Shown in pieces: positions 48,395 to 54,784 of a stretch of 60,852 nucleotides of DNA (positions are counted from its first letter, which is position 1; each line of letters begins with the position of its first letter). The notes below the pieces were generated by a model that saw only the letters and a list, made by a program, of their open reading frames with translations, had not been told where the DNA came from and ran no database searches. The translations under genes and the position numbers were made by a program. This DNA is from Candidatus Zambryskibacteria bacterium RIFCSPLOWO2_02_FULL_39_26 (GTDB lineage Bacteria > Patescibacteriota > Minisyncoccia > Phycocordibacterales > DATDWN01), in assembly GCA_001825395.1 (NCBI GenBank), contig MHWN01000025.1, forward strand, positions 1-60,852, read 5' to 3'.

Positions 48395-49303
48395 TTATTC
48401 ATGTTCGCCTTTTATTTGTCCACCTAGTGTACGCAAGTCGTGAAGCGCGATTTTAACCTGCTCCTCCTTTGCCGGCTCGCCCGCCATATCCTTTATGCCC
48501 GGCGGATCTCCGTGCCACTTATAGTCCCCTTCCATGAAGGAAACGCCCTTGCCGGGAATAGTTCTGGCAATAACAATCGACGGTCCGTCAAAAACTGCTT
48601 GAGCCCGTCCAACCGCTTCAACAATAGCCGAGAAATTGTGTCCGTCTATTTCCTCCACGTGCCAGCCGAAGCTTTCAAACTTGTGGGTCAGCGGCTCAAG
48701 AGGCATGACATCTTCCGTGTAGCCGTCTATTTGGATATTATTGCGGTCTAAAATGACTATCAGTTTTCCGAGTCTCTCCTTGCCTGCCAAAAGTATGGCT
48801 TCCCAGCTCTGGCCTTCATCAAGTTCTCCATCGCTCATCAGACAATAAAAAAATCTGTCAGATGTTTTGCCGCGATCCATTCTGTCGGCGATGGCCATTC
48901 CCACCGCTTGCGACAGACCAGAGCCTAGGGGCCCGGAACTGTTTTCAAGCATCGGCAAATATTCTCTATGAGGATGACCTTGGAGACGAGTGCCAAACTT
49001 TCGCAAAGTCAAAAGCTCTTTAACGGGAAAATAACCGGCGTGGGCCATGGTGGCGTAAAGGACTGGATTAATATGGCCGTTGGAAAGAATCAATCTGTCT
49101 CTTCCCTCCCAAAATGGGTCTTTTGGATTATGTTTTAGAATGTAAAAATAAAGAGTAGTAAAAACATCGGCCATGCCAAGTGGACCAGCCGAGTGACCGG
49201 AGCCGGCGGAAACAAGCATCTCTATTATAGAAACTCGTATGTCACGAGCTTTTTCTTCAAGAAATTTTATTTTTTCGTCTGTCAGGTTGCGCATAAACAC
49301 CAT
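48395..49303 (-). CDS. tkt: Transketolase, N-terminal (TPP-binding) subunit
   Basis: GSGHSAGPLG, LSNGH and SDGELDEGQSWEA. Start could instead be Met4. Confidence 0.9.
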   Translation of the reverse strand: MVFMRNLTDEKIKFLEEKARDIRVSIIEMLVSAGSGHSAGPLGMADVFTTLYFYILKHNPKDPFWEGRDRLILSNGHINPVLYATMAHAGYFPVKELLTLRKFGTRLQGHPHREYLPMLENSSGPLGSGLSQAVGMAIADRMDRGKTSDRFFYCLMSDGELDEGQSWEAILLAGKERLGKLIVILDRNNIQIDGYTEDVMPLEPLTHKFESFGWHVEEIDGHNFSAIVEAVGRAQAVFDGPSIVIARTIPGKGVSFMEGDYKWHGDPPGIKDMAGEPAKEEQVKIALHDLRTLGGQIKGEHE

Positions 49304-49981
49304 TTATTTACCAATTGACTTAAAATATTTATAAACTTCTTTTGGATTATCCGCATCCAGTATCTCCGAGCCAGAAATAAGCTTATTGGCCCCGGCAGAA
49401 ACCAGCGTTTCTACAGTATCGGTATTAACGCCTATATCAATGGCAATTGTACGCTCCGGATAGAGTTTTCGCAAAGATTTTATGAGTTCCACCGCTTTGA
49501 AATCAAGCTCCATGCCGTGTTTACCAAGATGATCGTTGCCCATAACTTGGATAAAATCAACTTGTGTAATTAAAGGTGTAATAAGATCAATATTTGTGGA
49601 CGGTTTGATGGCGACACCCAAGGAAACCGAAGCCAACCTGCAGGTACCCACAACTTTTTGAAAGTGATTAGTCGATTCTATGTGGACAACCAGAGCCACG
49701 ACCCCGGTTTTAATCCAATCCGCCACAACATCTTCCGGGTTGCGAACCATGAGATGTATTTCAAAATCAACTTTATCCCACTCTGGCCAGCCTTCTTCTC
49801 CTTTTTTTAATTTCTCAAAAAAATCTTGGTCTCTGCCGTTGTACGGCCAGGTTTTTATAGGTGTGAAAAGCCCGTCAGAAATATCTATTTGCACAAGTTC
49901 GGCAAAACCGGATACTTTTTTTATTTCTTCTGTCAGTTGCCTTCTTGTCTGTGGAATTATGGCCGGAACTACTTTAGTCAT
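49304..49981 (-). CDS. rpe: Ribulose-phosphate 3-epimerase-like (TIM barrel)
   Basis: PAIIP, DISDG, HLMV, HIES and DIGVN pattern. The first 8 tracked codons lie in the repeat, so the start is moved to MTKVVP. Confidence 0.75.
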   Translation of the reverse strand: MTKVVPAIIPQTRRQLTEEIKKVSGFAELVQIDISDGLFTPIKTWPYNGRDQDFFEKLKKGEEGWPEWDKVDFEIHLMVRNPEDVVADWIKTGVVALVVHIESTNHFQKVVGTCRLASVSLGVAIKPSTNIDLITPLITQVDFIQVMGNDHLGKHGMELDFKAVELIKSLRKLYPERTIAIDIGVNTDTVETLVSAGANKLISGSEILDADNPKEVYKYFKSIGK

Positions 49982-49983
49982 AG

Positions 49984-50100
49984 TAATTAAAAATGTAAAA
50001 ATCAAAATGAAAAATTACAATTCAAAATGAAAAGATAGGATTTAAAAATTTTGTATTTTACATTGTCATTTTTCATTTTGATTTTTAATATTTACATTTA
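49984..50100. repeat. AT-rich palindromic intergenic cassette, copy C
   Basis: taattaaaaatgtaaaaatcaaaatga...cattgtcatttttcattttgatttttaatatttacattta. Fills the gap from the rpiB stop to the rpe start. Confidence 0.75.
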
Positions 50101-50544
50101 ACTATATTGTTCTATTTTCTTAATTCTTCTCACATGCCGTTCGTCACCGGAAAACTTTACATGAAGAAAAAGATCTACTGCTCGTTTGGCTTCATCTTTT
50201 GTCAAAAAATCTGAACCGAGAGAAATCATATTGGCATCATCGTGTTCTCTTGAAAGAGTAATCATATGTTTTGAACCGCCATAAAAAACTGCGCATCTAA
50301 CATTTTGGAAACGATTGGAAACTATCGCCTCCCCCTGACCGTTACGGCCTATAACAATACCAATTACATTTTTTTCTTTAGAAATATGATCAGCAACAAT
50401 GGACACATAATCAGGGTAATCATCATCGTGGACATATTCTTTCGGACCGCAATCAATGATTTCATGATTATTCTGAAGTAAATAGGATATCAAATCCTTT
50501 TTCATTTCAAATCCGGCATGGTCACTCCCAATATATATTTTCAT
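50098..50544 (-). CDS. rpiB: Ribose-5-phosphate isomerase B
   Basis: IYIGSDHAGFEMK, GIVIGRNGQGEAI and NVRCAV. Confidence 0.9.
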   Translation of the reverse strand: MKIYIGSDHAGFEMKKDLISYLLQNNHEIIDCGPKEYVHDDDYPDYVSIVADHISKEKNVIGIVIGRNGQGEAIVSNRFQNVRCAVFYGGSKHMITLSREHDDANMISLGSDFLTKDEAKRAVDLFLHVKFSGDERHVRRIKKIEQYS

Positions 50545-50587
50545 TAATTGTATTATATCAAGAACTTCACTAAATTATAAGTTTATA

Positions 50588-51568
50588 TTAGTAATTCGAA
50601 ATTCCTATACTTTTCTGTAATTTATATGTGTTTCCATGACCCAATAATCCTCTGTAGGAATTTATAGTTTCTGGTCTTGGATACCATTTCATATTTTTGA
50701 CTACTTTTCTTTTTGTAGTTGTTCTAATAACTCGGTGATGAGGAAAATGAATCCAGCCAAGAAAATCTACCCCAAAAGCGTAAGTTTGTATAAAAACTTT
50801 GTCAGGATGGAGAGAGAGGTGAAGTTTATCTTTTAAGAAAAACTCAATCTTTAACAGAAGACTTTCCAAATAACTTTTATCTTCTGAAAGAACTATGAAG
50901 TCGTCGGCATACCGAATATAATACTTTACTCGAAGTTCCTCCTTCATATACATATCAAATTCGTGCATATAAATATTGACTAATAATTGAGAAGTGAGAT
51001 TGCCGAGTGGTAAACCGATACCAATATCAGTTGTATGAAAACTTTTTACAACTTGACCAATTAGCCATTTGATTTCTCGATCTTCAATATGGCATTCGAG
51101 AATTTTCATGAGAACTTCCTGGTCAACCGAAGCAAAGAATTTCCGTATATCGCATTTCAATGCGTAGCATATTTTTGTATGATTTTTTGAGACTTTTCCT
51201 GCAAATAATTTAAACCTGTCCAGCGCCCTATGTGTTCCTTTATCTTTTCGGCAAGAATACGAGTCAAAAATAAATCGCTCATTAAAATACTGGTACAATT
51301 CTTTGTATATCAAGTGATGGATAACTCTGTCTCGGACGAGAGCTTTGTGAATATTTCTCGGCTTTGGATCGGACAGGTTAAAAGCCGAGTACCCACTGTG
51401 TTTGTATGTTCTACTTTGAAGTTCTCTGTAGAGAAGCGTCAAATTATCAGCAAGCTGTAACTGAAAAGTAACAACATCTTTTTTCTTTCGTTTACCACGA
51501 ATAAAATTCTCCCATGTTGCCAAAAGATTTTCTATGGTTATGATGTCTGTATATTTAGGAATAAACAT
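50588..51568 (-). CDS. DGR-type reverse transcriptase
   Basis: RT motifs 1-7, IRYADDFIVL (YxDD) and GLPLGNLTSQLLVN, the (I/L)GxxxSQ signature of DGR RTs. 326 aa with no maturase or endonuclease domain. Confidence 0.9.
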   Translation of the reverse strand: MFIPKYTDIITIENLLATWENFIRGKRKKKDVVTFQLQLADNLTLLYRELQSRTYKHSGYSAFNLSDPKPRNIHKALVRDRVIHHLIYKELYQYFNERFIFDSYSCRKDKGTHRALDRFKLFAGKVSKNHTKICYALKCDIRKFFASVDQEVLMKILECHIEDREIKWLIGQVVKSFHTTDIGIGLPLGNLTSQLLVNIYMHEFDMYMKEELRVKYYIRYADDFIVLSEDKSYLESLLLKIEFFLKDKLHLSLHPDKVFIQTYAFGVDFLGWIHFPHHRVIRTTTKRKVVKNMKWYPRPETINSYRGLLGHGNTYKLQKSIGISNY

Positions 51569-51614
51569 AAAAAACTATAGCATGAGAAATTACACCACAA
51601 ATAATTCAGTTAAG

Positions 51615-51625
51615 CCCCCCCCCCC
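51615..51625. repeat. Homopolymeric C11 tract in the RT/avd divergent region
   Basis: Counted directly as gCCCCCCCCCCCg. Lies 21 nt upstream of the avd GTG. Confidence 0.9.
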
Positions 51626-51646
51626 GCACAGACCCCGCTTGTATTA

Positions 51647-51976
51647 GTGCGTGCGAAACAAGCATACCAGATTTGGCACCAATATCTCTCAAACCTTAAA
51701 CGTCCGGATCGTGATACTATTGGAATTAAAATTGACGACATATTTCTCTCGTTACTTGAATTCATTTTCCGTGCCTGTTTTGCTTATGACAAATTTGAAA
51801 AACTTTCTATGTTGTCCCAAGCTATCGCAAAGAATGATCTGATTAAATTCTTCTTACAAATTAGCTGGGAGCAAAAAATTCTTGATCACAAGCAATACGG
51901 GTCTCTCATTCTTCTGTTTGATGAAGTCGGTCGACAACTTTACGGTTGGAAAAAAGATACTCAAGAAAAGCTTTAA
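51647..51976 (+). CDS. avd: Avd-like four-helix-bundle accessory protein (opposite strand to RT, TR and VR)
   Basis: About 109 aa and all-helical. C-terminal KQYGSLILLFDEVGRQLYGWKK resembles the Avd / 23S-IVS-protein family ending (..EIG+MLGGW.K). GTG start. Confidence 0.7.
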   Translation: MRAKQAYQIWHQYLSNLKRPDRDTIGIKIDDIFLSLLEFIFRACFAYDKFEKLSMLSQAIAKNDLIKFFLQISWEQKILDHKQYGSLILLFDEVGRQLYGWKKDTQEKL

Positions 51977-51983
51977 TACCAAA

Positions 51984-52013
51984 CTCTCCCTCCCTACTAG
52001 CAGGGAGGGAGAG
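51984..52013. other. 12-bp-stem hairpin ctctccctccct-actagc-agggagggagag between the avd stop and the TR 3-prime end
   Basis: Read directly from the sequence. Lies 8 nt after the avd stop and 5-13 nt from the TR end. Confidence 0.8.
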
Positions 52014-52018
52014 AAACA

Positions 52019-52155
52019 AACCAGTGGCAGAAGCACAGGAGGCAGTTGTTGTCGTTCCAGTCACCCTCCCAGTTGCCGAGGTTGAACTTGAAGTCGCCAG
52101 CCGAGTCCCGGTACACGTCCGGTACCTTGTGGTAGTCGCCGCTGAACCAAAGTGC
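52019..52155 (-). repeat. DGR template repeat (TR); core 52027..52155 plus an IMH*-like 3-prime extension
   Basis: 129-nt core aligned to the VR. Every mismatch is a T on the plus strand, which is an A on the transcribed sense strand. Confidence 0.9.
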
Positions 52156-52458
52156 AATGTACATCATACTGTCCGGATCTCCACCGAAAGTAGCACCGGC
52201 CACCTTCTGAATTTTATGCCGAGCCTTTGTTCGAATATGTATGCTCGATAGTATGATGCACCGACTTATTTGTTTTTTTCGCAAGAGGCAGTTCTCATTC
52301 GCAAAGCTAAGCTAAAAAATACTATTGACTATTGCCCGACAAACCCTGACTGATTTCTCTTACGAGATATCGGTAGTATGAAACCGTAGCCGCATACCTA
52401 ATCGAATATCCAAAGATAGTATACATAAAATTTCAAAATAAAAAATAGTTGGAAATGG

Positions 52459-52480
52459 CCCCTACTTGCGTAGGGGCCAG
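52459..52480 (-). terminator. Terminator of the DGR target gene (GC stem with a GCAA loop on the minus strand)
   Basis: ggcccctac-ttgc-gtaggggcc followed by a T-run on the minus strand. Confidence 0.75.
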
Positions 52481-52523
52481 AGAGGAACGAAGGATCAAAG
52501 AATCGAAGAAGATGCCTAAGCGA

Positions 52524-53249
52524 CTAAGTGCCAGAGGTCTGGGGCAAGTCGCAGAAGCACAGGAGGCAGTCGTTGTCGCTCCAGCCACCCTCCCAGTAGC
52601 CGAGGTCGAACCTGAAGCCGCCAGCCGAGTCCCGGTACACGCCCGGCACCTTGCGGTAGTCGCCGCCGAACCAAAGTGCGACCTTCTCGTCGAAGGAAAC
52701 TGACCATTTGCCTTTCGGCAAGTTGTCCTTACCCTGTTCGTACGCCAGACTTGCACCTTGCGCACCGACCAGAACTGCTCTTTCGGAACGGAGCTTTGTC
52801 AGGCACTCGTCCGACGTCACAGTCTTCTTGATGCCGAAGACCTTGACCGCGAACTTTCGGCCGGGCGTGAGTTGCGTCGTCGCCTTGACGTAGTTCGCGT
52901 CGGTGATGTTCGGATTGTAGTAATAGAACTCCGACTTGTGCGCCGCGGCGAACGTGTCGAGGCGAGTGGCGTGGTCGTAACCTTCGGGAATCGTGACTTC
53001 GAAGGTGGTCAGAAGCTCGAACTTCTCGGGCTTCGGTTTCGGTGGTGTGACAATCGCCGTTTTCAATTCGGTGATCACCACTCCATCACTAACCTGCTTG
53101 ATAGTAGTGTTCACTCCAGCAGGGTCTACCCCTCCGGAAATGAAACGGTTCACAAGTTCCGGCAACCGAGTTCCGAAAAACAACTCATGCTCTTCCACTG
53201 TCGGCTTTCTCTTGCCGATACCGTCTGCGACAACATAGCTGGTCGTCAT
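52524..53249 (-). CDS. DGR target (variable) protein, 241 aa, GC-rich
   Basis: AAGGAG SD 8 nt upstream. The VR encodes ALWFGGDYRKVPGVYRDSAGGFRFDLGYWEGGWSDNDCLLCFC near the C-terminus. No obvious signal peptide. Confidence 0.85.
   Translation of the reverse strand: MTTSYVVADGIGKRKPTVEEHELFFGTRLPELVNRFISGGVDPAGVNTTIKQVSDGVVITELKTAIVTPPKPKPEKFELLTTFEVTIPEGYDHATRLDTFAAAHKSEFYYYNPNITDANYVKATTQLTPGRKFAVKVFGIKKTVTSDECLTKLRSERAVLVGAQGASLAYEQGKDNLPKGKWSVSFDEKVALWFGGDYRKVPGVYRDSAGGFRFDLGYWEGGWSDNDCLLCFCDLPQTSGT
52543..52679 (-). repeat. DGR variable repeat (VR); core 52551..52679 plus an IMH-like 3-prime segment
   Basis: See TR. The A-free identical block CTGCCTCCTGTGCTTCTGC sits at the 3-prime end. 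Confidence 0.9.
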
Positions 53250-53296
53250 GTGACAGTCTCCTTTTTTCCTGGTTTCTGCCAGGTCAGTCTATTGAG

Positions 53297-53326
53297 ATTA
53301 TATCATACCCAGCTCACAAAAGTCAA
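53297..53326 (-). promoter_or_regulatory. Near-consensus sigma70 promoter for the target gene: TTGACT-N18-(TGA)TATAAT
   Basis: The minus strand reads ttgacttttgtgagctgggtatgatataat, about 45 nt upstream of the ATG. Confidence 0.55.
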
Positions 53327-53430
53327 TAGCTGAAAAAAATGGCTAGAAACAAGGACTTTTAGTCACAAATAGTTGGTATGGTTCAAAAACTTTCCAATTT
53401 GAGACAATGTCGCGTATAAAATTTAAAAAC

Positions 53431-53480
53431 TACTCCATACGTTACAATGTTGCTATAGCAACATTGTAACGTATGGAGTA
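53431..53480. repeat. 50-bp perfect palindrome
   Basis: tactccatacgttacaatgttgcta|tagcaacattgtaacgtatggagta, lying between the gap stop and the DGR target promoter. Confidence 0.85.
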
Positions 53481-53662
53481 TAAATTTTCATTTTTTGTAA
53501 CTTTCTAAGATATATATACATCCATCAACTGATACATCATGCCATTCTCGACCTTCAGATATTACTTTATTATAGGCTGCGACTCGTTCCTTACAATACT
53601 TTATATCTTTTTCTATGCCACTGTTTGTTACATTTTTATTTATGAAAAAAAATGCAAATCAA

Positions 53663-54691
53663 TTATAAAAAACTTGCGGTTTTGACGACATGCTCCACAA
53701 GCGAGTATGTATAGCCCATCTCGTTGTCATACCAAGCCATCACTTTGACCAAATTCCCTCCGACAACACGGGTAAGCGAAAGATCGGCGATGGAAGCGAA
53801 CTTGCTTCCAATAATATCTGATGAGACTATCGGGTCTTCGGTAACAGAAAATACTTTATTCCAATGGTCATCCTGCGCCGCTTTTTTCAAAATATCATTT
53901 ATTTCTTCAACTGAAGTTGGACGACTTGAAATAAAAGTGATATCGGCGATTGAACCGGCAACAACCGGCACTCTCATGGCCAGACCGTCAAACTTGCCGG
54001 CAAGAGAGGTGATGGCTTTGGTCACCGCTTCGGCTGAACCGGTTTTAGTTGGCACTATGTTTTGGGCAGCCGCTCTTCCCTCTTTAAAATCTTTGGCGTT
54101 CATGCTGTCCACCACGCTTTGACTGGCAGTGTAACCATGAACGGTATCTAGAATGGCTTTTTCAATTCCGACGGTTTGGCGCAAAATTTCCAAAACAGGA
54201 CTTCCGGCATTTGTGGTGCAGGATGCATTCGATGTCACAACTTTTTCTTTTAACAAATCGCAATTCACTCCAATAAGTATCGTACCTTCATCCGCGGCAG
54301 ATGCTTCTCCATGAGCCGGCGCGGTAATAACAACCTTTTTTGCTCCAGCTGTTATATGGGCTCGGGCTTTTTCATATGAGGTGAAAAATCCGGTTGACTC
54401 AACCACCACATCAATATCCAAATCTTTCCAAGGCAAATTGGCCGGATCTTTTTCCGACAAGAACTTCACCTCTTTTCCATCAACCTCCATACTTTTTTTG
54501 TCTCCTGCCATTTTTATTCGAAACCCGCTCGGACCATAAACTGTGTCGTATTTGAGTAAGTAGGCAATGTTTTCTAAATCGCCAAGATCATTTATAGCCA
54601 CAACATCAATATCTTTTCTTTCTTGAGCAATTTTGAAAAAAGCTCGCCCAATTCGCCCACCGCCGTTAATAGCAACTTTTATTTTCTTCAT
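53663..54691 (-). CDS. gap: Type I glyceraldehyde-3-phosphate dehydrogenase
   Basis: INGGGRIGR, SNASCTTN active site and WYDNEMGY. Confidence 0.95.
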   Translation of the reverse strand: MKKIKVAINGGGRIGRAFFKIAQERKDIDVVAINDLGDLENIAYLLKYDTVYGPSGFRIKMAGDKKSMEVDGKEVKFLSEKDPANLPWKDLDIDVVVESTGFFTSYEKARAHITAGAKKVVITAPAHGEASAADEGTILIGVNCDLLKEKVVTSNASCTTNAGSPVLEILRQTVGIEKAILDTVHGYTASQSVVDSMNAKDFKEGRAAAQNIVPTKTGSAEAVTKAITSLAGKFDGLAMRVPVVAGSIADITFISSRPTSVEEINDILKKAAQDDHWNKVFSVTEDPIVSSDIIGSKFASIADLSLTRVVGGNLVKVMAWYDNEMGYTYSLVEHVVKTASFL

Positions 54692-54784
54692 ATTTTAAAT
54701 TAAAGAATTATAGTTTGATTATACCAAACAATAACAAAAAACACACCGTTAGCGTGTTAATTGTCAACCTTAATAGAGTTTGTT

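Larger units (their letters stand above)
50588..53249 (-). mobile_element. Diversity-generating retroelement (RT, inverted avd, TR, target gene with VR)
   Basis: All components are present within 2.7 kb. The TR/VR mismatches are adenine-specific (see components and findings). Confidence 0.9.

Noticed and set aside
50588-51568. Reverse transcriptase read as a group II intron maturase or a retron RT.
   Set aside because: The ORF has no maturase (X) or endonuclease domain, and I saw no domain V-like intron structure or msr/msd-type repeats. The SQ motif, together with the TR/VR pair and the Avd-like gene, identifies a DGR.
51997-52284. 95-aa ORF whose C-terminal half (ALWFSGDYHKVPDVYRDSAGDFKFNLGNWEGDWNDNNCLLCFC) mimics the DGR target.
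   Set aside because: It is the template repeat read in the target frame. It has no SD, its N-terminal part is unrelated, and TRs are non-coding templates.
52433-53333. Long ORFs 52433..52765 (-), 52449..52703 (+), 52758..53333 (+) and 52993..53238 (+).
   Set aside because: These are alternative-frame and antisense ORFs across the GC-rich target gene (52433..52765 is on the target's own strand in a different frame); GC-rich DNA lacks stop codons in all frames. They have no start context and no motifs.
53481-53662. Possible minus-strand ORF (...VTNSGIEKDIKYCKERVAAYNKVISEGREWHDVSVDGCIYILESYKK).
   Set aside because: The open frame has no ATG, GTG or TTG start after the upstream in-frame stop. 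At best it is a gene remnant.
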